Shown here in pieces: positions 6,359-16,579 of a stretch of DNA of 53,615 nucleotides. The position numbers and the translations under genes were made by a program. Under the pieces are notes generated by a model, which saw only the letters and a program-made list of their open reading frames with translations, ran no database searches and was not told where the DNA came from. The DNA is from a virus (taxonomy: Duplodnaviria > Heunggongvirae > Uroviricota > Caudoviricetes): the IMG/VR virus record IMGVR_UViG_3300044568_003085. One strand, 5' to 3'. The stretch's first letter is position 1; each line of letters starts with the position of its first letter.

Positions 6359-8550
6359 GTGTACCGACTCATGACTGTGAATTAAACACATGGTCAGTAA
6401 CAGACTTTGAAACAAGAGAATCTTTTGTAGAATTTCTGAGAATTATGTTCAAGGTTCCTGGTACTTATGAATTTGATGAGTGTTCAAATAAATTCAACGA
6501 ACAAGCACAGTTATTTAATAAAAATAACAAAGTGTATTGCATAGCTCCTATGCGTTCAAAAGATTATATAACATATTGGGATGATCAAAAAGCAAAATGT
6601 AGATATGGTGTTATATATAAAAGTCATGGAAAAACTTGGTATTTAACCAGAGAGTATTACATGTGGTTAAATTTTTTACCAATTTATGATAAAGAAGAAG
6701 CACGTTTTGGATTTGCAAAAGTTAGAGATGCACAATACCATATGGCATTATATGAAGAACTTGCAAGACACTCGTATAAACATGTAGTCATATTAAAGAA
6801 ACGTCAGATTGCATCTAGTTATTATCATGGTGCAAAAATGATAAATTACTTTTGGTTTGAAGAAGGTTCTATTAGTAAAATGGCTGGATCACTAAAAGAT
6901 TATATCAATGAAAAAGGTACTTGGCGTTTTCTTGAAGAATACAGAAACTTTTTAAATACTTATACTGCATGGTACAGACCATGTACTCCAGATAAAGTTC
7001 TTAACTGGGAACAAAAAATTGAAATAAATCAAGGCGGTAAAAAACGTGATGTTGGTTTAAAGTCTGTTATATTTGGACTTGTACTTGACAAAGATCCTAC
7101 TAATGGTGTTGGGGGACCATGTACATTATTTTTTCACGAAGAAGCAGGAATTGCTCCTAAGATGAATATGACTATGGAATACTTACTACCAGCAATGAAA
7201 TCTGGTATGATATATACTGGTCAGTTTATTGCAGCAGGATCTGTAGGAGATTTAGCACAATGTGAACCATTGCGTGAAATGTTAATGAATCCTGATGGTA
7301 AAGATATTCTTGCTGTAGAAACTAATTTAATTAATGATAAAGGTGAGATAGGAATGTGTGGATTATTTATTCCAGAACAATGGTCAATGCTTCCTTGTAT
7401 TGATGAGTATGGAAATTCACAAGTTGAACTTGCATTAGAAATGATTCTTGCAGAAAGAATTGAATGGAAAAGAAAACTAAAACCAGATGACTATCAACTT
7501 CGTATTTCTCAGAAACCTATTAACATTGCTGAAGCATTTGCACATAGAACTCGATCAATATTTCCTCTGCACTTAGTTACTCAACAAATGCGAAGAATTG
7601 AAGAAGGAGATTACTATAAAGAATTTTTAGATTTAAATCGCGATGAAACTGGCAAAGTAGTTGCAAAAGAATCTAAAAAAATTCCAATATCAGAATTTCC
7701 TATTTCACCAAAAACAGAAGACAAGGAAGGTGTGCTAGTTGTGTGGGAAAGACCACATAAAGATCCAACATTTGGTATGTATTATGCGTCTGTCGATCCA
7801 GTTGCTGAAGGTAAAACAACAACATCTGATTCGTTATGTTCTATTTATATTTATAAAACTTCACAAGAAATAACTACACATAAAGCAGATGGTTCCATTG
7901 AATCTGCAATTGAACGTGACAAAATTGTTGCAGCATGGTGTGGAAGATTTGATGATTTAAATAAAACACATGAACGACTTGAGTTAATAATTGAATGGTA
8001 TAATGCATGGACTATATGTGAAAATAACGTAAGTGCATTTATACAACACATGATTGCTCGTAGAAAACAAAAGTATTTAGTGCCTAAAAATCAAATTATG
8101 TTTCTAAAAGAAATACAAGCAAACATGAATGTATTTCAAGAATATGGTTGGAAAAATGTTGGAACAATGTTTAAAGTAAATATAATTCCATATGGTAAAC
8201 AATTCTTAGAAGAAGAATTAGATTATGAAACTAAAACAGATGGTACAATTGTCAAAACAACTTATGGTGTAGAAAGAATACCAGATATTATGTTGTTAAA
8301 AGAAATGAGTGCATATCGCGATGGATTAAACGTGGATAGAATAATTGCTTTTTGTGCATTAGTTGCATTTGCAAAAGTGCAAGAATCAAATCGTGGTTAT
8401 ACCAAACGTGTTGAAAGAGAAGATGATAATTTGCAAAAGTCAAATAAAAATACTAAATTGAGAGTGAGTCCATTTAGACATTATGGTGGTTCCTATTCAG
8501 GTGAATCATCTATGCGAAAACCTCATAATCCTTTTAAAAACATAAGATAA
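6349..8550 (+). CDS. terL: terminase large subunit (crAss-like)
   Basis: Walker A-like LKKRQIASS, Walker B FFHEEAG, nuclease SVDPVAEG...SDS and C-terminal NVDRIIA. Confidence 0.95.
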   Translation: MYISVPTHDCELNTWSVTDFETRESFVEFLRIMFKVPGTYEFDECSNKFNEQAQLFNKNNKVYCIAPMRSKDYITYWDDQKAKCRYGVIYKSHGKTWYLTREYYMWLNFLPIYDKEEARFGFAKVRDAQYHMALYEELARHSYKHVVILKKRQIASSYYHGAKMINYFWFEEGSISKMAGSLKDYINEKGTWRFLEEYRNFLNTYTAWYRPCTPDKVLNWEQKIEINQGGKKRDVGLKSVIFGLVLDKDPTNGVGGPCTLFFHEEAGIAPKMNMTMEYLLPAMKSGMIYTGQFIAAGSVGDLAQCEPLREMLMNPDGKDILAVETNLINDKGEIGMCGLFIPEQWSMLPCIDEYGNSQVELALEMILAERIEWKRKLKPDDYQLRISQKPINIAEAFAHRTRSIFPLHLVTQQMRRIEEGDYYKEFLDLNRDETGKVVAKESKKIPISEFPISPKTEDKEGVLVVWERPHKDPTFGMYYASVDPVAEGKTTTSDSLCSIYIYKTSQEITTHKADGSIESAIERDKIVAAWCGRFDDLNKTHERLELIIEWYNAWTICENNVSAFIQHMIARRKQKYLVPKNQIMFLKEIQANMNVFQEYGWKNVGTMFKVNIIPYGKQFLEEELDYETKTDGTIVKTTYGVERIPDIMLLKEMSAYRDGLNVDRIIAFCALVAFAKVQESNRGYTKRVEREDDNLQKSNKNTKLRVSPFRHYGGSYSGESSMRKPHNPFKNIR

Positions 8551-8582
8551 TAATATATAACTTCGTCAAAAATATATAAATT

Positions 8583-11312
8583 ATGCCAAAAATATATAAT
8601 GCACTACAACTAAAAGCAGGTGCAAAATCAGATTATAATCGAATGGGTACTATTACCCAACCTATACAGTTTTTATTAAGTAAAGATAAAGATGAACAAT
8701 GGGGAGCATGGAATATGGACTGGCATGAAATGCAAGGTCTTAAAATGATTAGACGTAATGCGCGTAGATTATTAAAAAACTATAAACTTGCAAATGGTAT
8801 TATTGACAAATCTGACTACATTATTGAAGAAGATAATGAAATGGCAGAACTTATTGATACTCTTACAAAAGAAGACGAATCTGCGTTTGAGTTAAAGTTC
8901 TTTCCTATTATACCTAATGTTATTAATGTACTTACAGGTGAATTTGCTAAACGTAATGATAGAATTTCATATAGAGCAGTAGATGATACTTCATTTAATG
9001 AACTAACAGAAATGAAAAGAGGTATGATTGAAGAAAATCTTATCACTTACGCTGAACAAAAAATGCAAGAAACAATTCAACAAATGAGTTTGGACTTGCA
9101 AGATCCAGAACAAGCACAACAAGCACAGCAATTAATGTCTCCTGAGAATTTAAAATCACTTCCAGAGATTGAACAATTCTTTAAAAAGGATTATAGATCA
9201 ATGATTGAACAATGGGCAACTCACCAGCATGCTGTTGATACTGAACGTTTTACAATGAAAGAACTAGAAAATCTTGCGTTTAGAGACATGTTAATTGCTG
9301 ACAGAGAGTTCTGGCATTTTAACATGCGCGAAGATGATTATGAAATTGAGTTATGGAATCCATTATTAACATTTTATCATAAGTCTCCAGAAGCAAGATA
9401 TATATCTCAATCTAACTGGGCAGGTCGTATGGATCTTATGACTATTTCTGACATTATTGACAAGTATGGTTATATGATGAACGAAGAACAATTAGCTGCA
9501 TTAGAAGTAATATATCCAGTAAAATCTGCAGGATATATGTTACCTGGTGTACAAAATGATGGTTCGTTTTATGACGCAACAAGATCACATGATTGGAATG
9601 TTGAAGGACCATCTTTAGGAATGCGACAATTTATTGCACATAGAGATTCAGTTTTAAATACTGGTGATGACGTTATATATAGAATCCTTAATGAGTCAGA
9701 AGATTTAATGGACTTTAGTAATTACTCGTTATTACGTGTTACTACTGTATATTGGAAATCACAAAGAATGGTTGGTCACTTGACTAAATTGACAGAAGAA
9801 GGTATTCCAGTTGAAATGATTATTGATGAAAATTATAAAGTAACTGATAAACCAATTTATGACAATACTGTTTTAAAAAATAAATCAAAAGATAATTTAG
9901 TATTTGGAGAACACATAGATTGGATATGGATAAATCAAACATGGGGTGGTATTAAGATAGGTCCTAATAGACCATCATTTTATGGCAACAATGATAGTAC
10001 TGGATTTTCTCCTATATACTTGAATGTTAGACCAGTAAGATTCCAATTTAAAGGTGACTTTACTTTATACGGTTGTAAACTTCCAGTTGAAGGTGCAGTT
10101 TATTCTGATAGAAATACAAAATCTAGATCATTAGTTGATAAGATGAAACCATTTCAAGTTGGATACAATCTTGTTAATAATCAAATAGCAGATATTCTTG
10201 TAGATGAATTAGGTACTGTTATTATGCTTGATCAAAATGCTTTACCACGTCACTCTATGGGCGAAGATTGGGGTAAAGATAATTTTGCAAAAGCGTATGT
10301 TGCAATGAAGAATTTCCAAATGTTACCATTAGATACTTCTATAACTAACACTGAAAATGCATTAAACTTTCAACATTATCAAGTATTAAATCTTGAACAG
10401 ACACAACGTTTATTATCGCGTATACAATTATCTACATATTTTAAAAATCAAGCATTTGAAGCAATTGGTATTACACCACAAAGATTAGGTGGAGCAACTG
10501 GACAAGAAACTGCTACTGGTGTTCAACAATCTTTAAATCAGTCTTTCTCACAAACTGAAATGTATTTTGTACAACATTCAGAGAACCTGATGCCACGTGT
10601 TCATCAAATGCGAACAGATCTTGCACAATACTATCATTCTAATCGACCAAGTATTAGATTGCAGTATATGACAGCTATGGATGAAAAAATTAATTTTGAA
10701 ATTAATGGTACTGAATTATTAGCAAGAGAATTAAATGTATTCCCTTCTACTAAAGTAAATCAACGTGCGATAACAGAACAAATTAGAGGACTTGCTCTTT
10801 CTAATAATACTGCTGGTGCATCTATATATGATTTAGGTAATATTATCAAAGCAGATAGTATGGCAGAAATTACACATGTATTAAAAGGTATTGAAGAAAA
10901 AGTTTCTAAAGAAAAACAACAAGAACAACAAGCAGCTCAACAAGGTATTGAAATGCAACAACAAGCTGAAACAGAAAGACAAGATAAAAAACTTGCTTTT
11001 GAAGCAGAACAAGCGTTGTTAGATAGAGAAAATGATAAAATAGTTGCTGAAATACGTTCTGCTGGATTTACTGCTACGCAAGATAAAGATCAAAATGATC
11101 AAAATGATTATATTGATACATTAAAATATCTTGATGAAAAGAATGCACGAAATGAAAATGCTTCATTACAAAGAGACAAAGTAATAAACTCTCAAGTTAA
11201 TGAACAAACTAAAGCAAATTTACAACGTCAAGACATGCAGGTTCGTGAAAGAATTGCTGATAAACAAGTTCAAGTTGCCACAATAAACAAAAATAAATTC
11301 GATAAAAAATAA
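8583..11312 (+). CDS. portal protein (crAss-like)
   Basis: 909 aa directly after TerL; FPIIPNVINVLTGE, F.D.LI.DREF and Q-rich C-terminal coiled coil. Confidence 0.9.
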   Translation: MPKIYNALQLKAGAKSDYNRMGTITQPIQFLLSKDKDEQWGAWNMDWHEMQGLKMIRRNARRLLKNYKLANGIIDKSDYIIEEDNEMAELIDTLTKEDESAFELKFFPIIPNVINVLTGEFAKRNDRISYRAVDDTSFNELTEMKRGMIEENLITYAEQKMQETIQQMSLDLQDPEQAQQAQQLMSPENLKSLPEIEQFFKKDYRSMIEQWATHQHAVDTERFTMKELENLAFRDMLIADREFWHFNMREDDYEIELWNPLLTFYHKSPEARYISQSNWAGRMDLMTISDIIDKYGYMMNEEQLAALEVIYPVKSAGYMLPGVQNDGSFYDATRSHDWNVEGPSLGMRQFIAHRDSVLNTGDDVIYRILNESEDLMDFSNYSLLRVTTVYWKSQRMVGHLTKLTEEGIPVEMIIDENYKVTDKPIYDNTVLKNKSKDNLVFGEHIDWIWINQTWGGIKIGPNRPSFYGNNDSTGFSPIYLNVRPVRFQFKGDFTLYGCKLPVEGAVYSDRNTKSRSLVDKMKPFQVGYNLVNNQIADILVDELGTVIMLDQNALPRHSMGEDWGKDNFAKAYVAMKNFQMLPLDTSITNTENALNFQHYQVLNLEQTQRLLSRIQLSTYFKNQAFEAIGITPQRLGGATGQETATGVQQSLNQSFSQTEMYFVQHSENLMPRVHQMRTDLAQYYHSNRPSIRLQYMTAMDEKINFEINGTELLARELNVFPSTKVNQRAITEQIRGLALSNNTAGASIYDLGNIIKADSMAEITHVLKGIEEKVSKEKQQEQQAAQQGIEMQQQAETERQDKKLAFEAEQALLDRENDKIVAEIRSAGFTATQDKDQNDQNDYIDTLKYLDEKNARNENASLQRDKVINSQVNEQTKANLQRQDMQVRERIADKQVQVATINKNKFDKK

Positions 11313-11429
11313 TCATAGCGTTATAGTCGAAAAAAGTTATAAATAATTTTATATAAATGTAAATCTTTAAGATTTATTTATGTAGATTATATATGAAGAA
11401 GAATAAGAATTAAACTAACAACAAAAAAC

Positions 11430-12674
11430 ATGAGTGCAGAAAAAGACAATTTAACAGTTGATAATGTTACTATAGATAACATTGATGATTTTTTACCAAT
11501 GCCTGGTGCAGAAAGTATTGTAACAGGTGATGATGAAGATGATAAACAGAATTTATTTTCCTCTCCTAATAAATCAGTTAATCTTGATTTTTTAGATGAT
11601 GAACAAAAAAGTAAAGGAAGTGCAGATGAAACTTCACAAGCTATTGCAGAATTAGATGATGCATTAGAAAGTGGTGATGATGAAGATGCAAAACCTAAAG
11701 GTGGTAGAAAAAAAACTGATAAAAGTGGATTGGTTGATTTTTTAAAGAAAAGAATTGAAGGTAATGAAATGTTTGCATTTGATGATTTTGATGATTCAAA
11801 GCAAAGTTTAGATGATTATCTTGGAGCACTTACTGAGAAAGATGTTGAAGAATTATGGAAAGCAAATGTAGACAACATGAAAAATGATGTTGCTGCAAAT
11901 ACTCCAAAAGAGTTCTTTGAAAGTTTACCTGAAGAATTACAATATGCTGCAGAATATGTTGCAAAAGGTGGTCAAGATTTAAAAGGTTTATTTAGAGCAC
12001 TTGCACAAGTTGAAGAAGTAAGAACACTTGATCCTAGACAACCTGAACATCAGGAGATAATTGTAAGACAATATTTACAAGCATCTGGTTTTGGAGGTGG
12101 AGATCAAGAACTTATAGAAGACCAAATTCAAGAATGGTTTGATAATGGTAATCTTCAAAAGAAAGCAAGTCAATTTCAACCAAAATTGAATGACATGCAA
12201 GAACAAGTTGTACAATCAAAACTTGCACAACAAGAAGCATTCAAGCAAGAACAACAGGCAAAAAAAGAAGCATATATGCAAAACATATATGAGACTTTAA
12301 AACCTTCAGAATTAAATGGTGTTAAGATTGATAATAAAAGACAAAAAATGTTGTGGGATGAATTGACCACAGTAAAATATGAAAGTCTTACTGGTAGACC
12401 AACCAACTTGCTTGGTAAACTATTAGAAGATTATCAATTTGGTAAACAACCAAGATATGATTTAATTGCTGAAACATTATGGTTACTTTCTGATCCAGAT
12501 GATTATAAAGAAAACATAAGAAAACAAGCAAAAAATGAAGTGGTTCAGAATACTGTTAGACAGTTAAAAACTGAAGAAGCTCGTAAAATATCTTCTTACG
12601 TTAAAGAAGATGAAGAGGATGAAAAACCTGCATCAAAAAGGTTGAGTAAACCACAAAATATATTTAGAAGATAA
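11430..12674 (+). CDS. acidic scaffold-like capsid assembly protein (crAss gene-77 position)
   Basis: Very acidic N-terminus and helical C-terminus; sits between portal and MCP. Confidence 0.7.
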   Translation: MSAEKDNLTVDNVTIDNIDDFLPMPGAESIVTGDDEDDKQNLFSSPNKSVNLDFLDDEQKSKGSADETSQAIAELDDALESGDDEDAKPKGGRKKTDKSGLVDFLKKRIEGNEMFAFDDFDDSKQSLDDYLGALTEKDVEELWKANVDNMKNDVAANTPKEFFESLPEELQYAAEYVAKGGQDLKGLFRALAQVEEVRTLDPRQPEHQEIIVRQYLQASGFGGGDQELIEDQIQEWFDNGNLQKKASQFQPKLNDMQEQVVQSKLAQQEAFKQEQQAKKEAYMQNIYETLKPSELNGVKIDNKRQKMLWDELTTVKYESLTGRPTNLLGKLLEDYQFGKQPRYDLIAETLWLLSDPDDYKENIRKQAKNEVVQNTVRQLKTEEARKISSYVKEDEEDEKPASKRLSKPQNIFRR

Positions 12675-12715
12675 TAACAAATAAATTTATAACATAACCT
12701 TAATAATTTTTAAAA

Positions 12716-14359
12716 ATGAGTACACCTGTATTAAACAATGGTCTCTTCTTACGCGATACAACTTACAAAGTTAGTTCGCATGTAGATTCTTACCATTTGC
12801 AGAACATGCTTAAAACTTCAGAACCTATGGATTTAGGACCTGTAGATTTATGGGCAATGACGCAAAAGGTAGAAATGCCTCTTTATCAAATGGCATCTTT
12901 TGGTGGTAAAAACACCATAATGGTTGACAATGCTCGTGGAGAGTACAAATGGCAAACGCCAATCGTACAAGATCTTCCTTACATTGTTGAAGATGTAGAA
13001 CCAACTCAGACTGCTTTAGGAGCTGATGGTACTAACTTCAAAATTAAAATTAACAGACGTATATTTGGATCTGGTGATATTATCACTTATGACAAATATA
13101 AAGGTCTTGAATTGTACATTGTTCCTAGTGAAGATATTTTACCTTCTGGTGATGGATTCATTTATACTGTACAATTAGTTAACAACAGCAATACTGCAAC
13201 TTTAGATAAAAAATTCCTTAAACCAGGTACAAAATTCTTTAGAAAAGGTTCTGCTCGTGGTGAGTATGGTGAAAGATTCTCTGACATTGGAGAATTGCAA
13301 AATGGTTTCAGAGAGTACTACAACTTTGTTGGAGGTGCTGAAGCTCACGTACATTATTCTATTTCTTCTCGTGCTGACATGATGATGAAAGGTGGTCTTA
13401 ATGCAGATGGTACAGTTCCTGTAACTGAAATCTGGAGATCATTTGATAAAAACCTTGATCCATCTATCACTAAGATTGATGACATGGTTAAAACAATGGG
13501 TAAAGATTGGATTAAAAAATCTTATGATAATGGTAACTTAACTCGTTCATTTGTAACTAATCTTGAAGCAGCTCACTTATCTAAAGTAGCAAATGACATT
13601 GAGACTTACTTAATGTGGGGACAAGGTGGTAGAATTAAACAAGATGGTCCAGATGATATTAGATTATCTGTAGGTCTTTGGTCTCAGTTGGATAACTCTT
13701 TCAAAAGAATTTACAACAAAAATACTTTCAACTTAGAATTGTTTAGAAGTGAAATTTTCAACTTCTACAATGGTAAAGTAGAATTTAAAGGACCAGATCC
13801 AAATCGTCAAATCATTGTACAAACTGGTATGGCAGGTATGCGTATGGTTAATGAGGCAATCAAAAAAGAAGCATTTAGTGGTGCTACTGGTGGTGGTTTA
13901 GTTGCTAACATGGATCAATCTGGTACTGGTGCTATCTCAGGTAAAAATGCGATGGACTTGAATTTTGGATTTGCATTTACATCTTACACAATTCCTTTCT
14001 TGGCAAATGTGAAATTTGTATTGAATCCAGCATTTGATAACGTACATACAAATGATATTGAGAATCCAATCATTGATGGTTATCCATTATCTTCTTACAA
14101 CTTTATTGTATTTGATATTACTGATAATACTAATGATAACATCTTCTTGTTGAAACTTAAATGGGATAGCGAGATGAAATGGTTCTATCAAAATGGTACT
14201 ATGGACTATATGGGTAGATCTCAAGGATTTGCATCTTCTGGAAACTTCAATGGTTATAGAGTATTCATGACTCAAACTATGCCAAGTATCTGGGTAAAAG
14301 ATCCAACCAAAGTGTTAAAAATTGTTATGAGAAACCCTATTACTGGTGGATCATTCTAA
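12716..14359 (+). CDS. major capsid protein (crAss-like HK97 fold)
   Basis: 547 aa; synteny; E..LMWG.GG...G...GL..Q motif; biased codons (AAC/TTC/ATC) consistent with high expression. Confidence 0.9.
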   Translation: MSTPVLNNGLFLRDTTYKVSSHVDSYHLQNMLKTSEPMDLGPVDLWAMTQKVEMPLYQMASFGGKNTIMVDNARGEYKWQTPIVQDLPYIVEDVEPTQTALGADGTNFKIKINRRIFGSGDIITYDKYKGLELYIVPSEDILPSGDGFIYTVQLVNNSNTATLDKKFLKPGTKFFRKGSARGEYGERFSDIGELQNGFREYYNFVGGAEAHVHYSISSRADMMMKGGLNADGTVPVTEIWRSFDKNLDPSITKIDDMVKTMGKDWIKKSYDNGNLTRSFVTNLEAAHLSKVANDIETYLMWGQGGRIKQDGPDDIRLSVGLWSQLDNSFKRIYNKNTFNLELFRSEIFNFYNGKVEFKGPDPNRQIIVQTGMAGMRMVNEAIKKEAFSGATGGGLVANMDQSGTGAISGKNAMDLNFGFAFTSYTIPFLANVKFVLNPAFDNVHTNDIENPIIDGYPLSSYNFIVFDITDNTNDNIFLLKLKWDSEMKWFYQNGTMDYMGRSQGFASSGNFNGYRVFMTQTMPSIWVKDPTKVLKIVMRNPITGGSF

Positions 14360-14374
14360 TATTAATTTTGTACT

Positions 14375-14397
14375 CCTGGGGATATATTGTCCCCAGG
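14375..14397 (+). other. GC-rich hairpin after MCP (mRNA stabiliser or weak terminator)
   Basis: CCTGGGGA-TATATTG-TCCCCAGG with no downstream U-tract. Confidence 0.6.
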
Positions 14398-14423
14398 TAA
14401 GTACAACTAATAAATAAGAAATC

Positions 14424-14549
14424 ATGGCAGGAAAAAATAAAGCAGCAATGAGTAATAAGATAGTAATTAAAAAACCTACTTCTGCTCAATCTGGACCAAA
14501 GACACAAAAACTTGCAGGTGCTTCACCAAGTAAGTATAAAAAGTGTTAA
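14424..14549 (+). CDS. 41-aa Lys-rich peptide (MAGKNKAAMSNKIVIKKPTSAQSGPKTQKLAGASPSKYKKC)
   Basis: Translated by hand; A-rich leader; not in the ORF track. Confidence 0.65.
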   Translation: MAGKNKAAMSNKIVIKKPTSAQSGPKTQKLAGASPSKYKKC

Positions 14550-14554
14550 CTTTG
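14547..14554 (+). promoter_or_regulatory. -7 promoter element TAACTTTG
   Basis: Exact TAnnTTTG, overlapping the stop of the 41-aa ORF and preceding a structured leader. Confidence 0.5.
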
Positions 14555-14561
14555 TAAAAAA

Positions 14562-14637
14562 TGTGTAAGACAGGAATGCGCGATCTGGACAGTCTTACAT
14601 ACTCCTAAGATGTAATAACCTTGATGTGGTTTAGGAG
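14562..14637 (+). promoter_or_regulatory. structured 5' leader (two long hairpins)
   Basis: TGTGTAAGAC/GTCTTACATA (14562-14571/14592-14601) and CTCCTAA/TTAGGAG (14602-14608/14631-14637). Confidence 0.45.
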
Positions 14638-14697
14638 CTTTAAACTAATAATTACAAAAAACAGAGAGAAACAGAATAAATAACCAAATTAACAAAC

Positions 14698-15714
14698 ATG
14701 GAAGTAACAGTAATCGACAAACATCAGTCGTTAAAAAGAAACAGTTCATTGACAATTAGACCTTACGTTGACCAACAGATGGCAAACATGGGATTAGAAA
14801 AGTATCAAATGGCATTATTTGAAGGAGTGTTCCACGAGGAGTCACTTGCTTGTTTAGAATATAATGGCATTAGAAGATATGTGTCTGGACTAAATGAATT
14901 TGCACCAGAAATTAAACTGATGCCAACTGAACAAAAAGAAGCAGCTATTAAAGACATTAGAAAAATTGTTGCACAATTAGAAAGAGAATTAGCAGCAAAT
15001 GTACTTGATGAATCTGATCCAGATTTTTGGAATAAAGTAAAATTACTTAGACCAGATAATGATGATTTTTGGAGTAAAATATCTATGAGATTTGGAAATG
15101 AACCAGTTTATTTAGATCCTGTTACAGATCCTTATGATTTAATTAAATTACGTGCTATTGAAGCAGGTGGATTTAGTATAGTTGCAAAATCTTTAGAAGA
15201 TGCAAGAAAAGGTACTTCTCAATTTAAATTTTATTTAGATAAGTATGAAGAAACTGCTTCATTAAAAACCGAAGTTAAAAAACTTAGAAACAAAGCATTA
15301 TCTGAATTGCAAAAATTATATGATAAGAATGCAAATAAATTATTTTATGTATGTAAAGTAATTGATCCAAATTCTACTCAGTATAAAAAATCAACGCCAC
15401 TTGACGTGTTGTATGACAACATGGATAAGTATATTAATGGTGAGACTGTAGACAAGGATAAGAAAAAAACTGCAGGTAATTTCTTAGAAGTTGCAACTCT
15501 TGATATGGAAACTCTTAAGTTAAGAGCAGTTATCAAAGATTCAAACTATTATAAATTAATTGCAACAAGAGGAGATGGTAATATTTATCATATGAAGTCA
15601 GGTTCTATGTTAGGTAAAAATCCATCTGATATTTTGTTATACTTAAAGAATCCTTTGAATGAAGATATTCTTTTAGATGTAACTACAAATGTAGAACAGT
15701 ATTGGAACGTTTAA
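14698..15714 (+). CDS. conserved crAss-like structural-module protein (gene-75 position)
   Basis: 338 aa after MCP; synteny with the crAss head-tail block. Confidence 0.7.
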   Translation: MEVTVIDKHQSLKRNSSLTIRPYVDQQMANMGLEKYQMALFEGVFHEESLACLEYNGIRRYVSGLNEFAPEIKLMPTEQKEAAIKDIRKIVAQLERELAANVLDESDPDFWNKVKLLRPDNDDFWSKISMRFGNEPVYLDPVTDPYDLIKLRAIEAGGFSIVAKSLEDARKGTSQFKFYLDKYEETASLKTEVKKLRNKALSELQKLYDKNANKLFYVCKVIDPNSTQYKKSTPLDVLYDNMDKYINGETVDKDKKKTAGNFLEVATLDMETLKLRAVIKDSNYYKLIATRGDGNIYHMKSGSMLGKNPSDILLYLKNPLNEDILLDVTTNVEQYWNV

Positions 15715-15731
15715 TTTAAAACTATAATATT

Positions 15732-15860
15732 ATGTCATTTAATAAAGTACAATTAGGAAAAGATGCTGCAGAAGCAAAAAAACCTGTAAGTAAACAAAAT
15801 GCAAAACCAATTATATCATCTATGAAATATGGTGGTATGAAAGGTGGTAAAAAATGTTAA
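15732..15860 (+). CDS. 42-aa Lys-rich peptide (MSFNKVQLGKDAAEAKKPVSKQNAKPIISSMKYGGMKGGKKC)
   Basis: Translated by hand; fills the gap between 15714 and 15864; contains KYGG; not in the ORF track. Confidence 0.7.
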   Translation: MSFNKVQLGKDAAEAKKPVSKQNAKPIISSMKYGGMKGGKKC

Positions 15861-15863
15861 AAA

Positions 15864-16574
15864 ATGACAAATAATTTATTACAAATAAAAATAAAACAAA
15901 GGTTAAACAAACTTGCATCACTCGATTATGATAATATCGAGTGTTGGCAAGTTAGTGAGGCGTTTAATAAAGCGCAACTAGAATGGTTTCGTAGACAAAT
16001 ACATGGTCATAATCAAGGTAAAGAAGGTGATGAATCAACAAAAATGAATATTGATGATGTTCAGTTAATGATTACAGATACAGGAAATACTTGGGGTTCA
16101 ACAAAATATCCTTTGTATTATGAATCAAATATATTACCTGCTGATTATTTGTATTTTAAAAGACTATCTATTGATTGTATTTCAGATTGTTGTCCAGATC
16201 CAAGACCAATGATTACGTATCTTGCACAAGTAGGTGATATAGATAATTTATTGTCTGATGATTTTAGAAGTCCTAGTGCACAATGGGGAGAAACTATTTG
16301 TACTATTTCTAATAACAGAATTAAAATTTATACAAATGGTGAATTTGATTTAGGAATACCAACATTGTATTATTTTAGAAAACCAGTTGATATTCAATTT
16401 ATTGGATGTATGAATCCTAGTGATGGTTCAATATCAGCTGTTAATGTTATTTGCGAATTTAAAGATGACATTGTTGAAATTTTAATTGATGAAGCATGTT
16501 CTATTTTAGCTGGTGATATTGAGTCAATGAATCAATATCAAAGAGAAAAACAAAACGCAACTTTAAATAATTAA
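15864..16574 (+). CDS. tail/neck ring protein (crAss gene-74-like)
   Basis: F.KAQ.EW.R N-terminus, LP.DYLY, Y.RKP..I and EILIDEA..IL C-terminus typical of adaptor/ring proteins. Confidence 0.75.
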   Translation: MTNNLLQIKIKQRLNKLASLDYDNIECWQVSEAFNKAQLEWFRRQIHGHNQGKEGDESTKMNIDDVQLMITDTGNTWGSTKYPLYYESNILPADYLYFKRLSIDCISDCCPDPRPMITYLAQVGDIDNLLSDDFRSPSAQWGETICTISNNRIKIYTNGEFDLGIPTLYYFRKPVDIQFIGCMNPSDGSISAVNVICEFKDDIVEILIDEACSILAGDIESMNQYQREKQNATLNN

Positions 16575-16579
16575 CAGAT

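Noticed and set aside
6349-8550. Intein or group I intron in the terminase
   Set aside because: The length is ordinary for this family, ATPase and nuclease motifs are contiguous, and no splice-junction or homing-endonuclease motifs are visible.
11361-11375. AAATCTT-T-AAGATTT palindrome after the portal gene
   Set aside because: It is almost entirely A/T and expected by chance at this composition, and there is a single copy.
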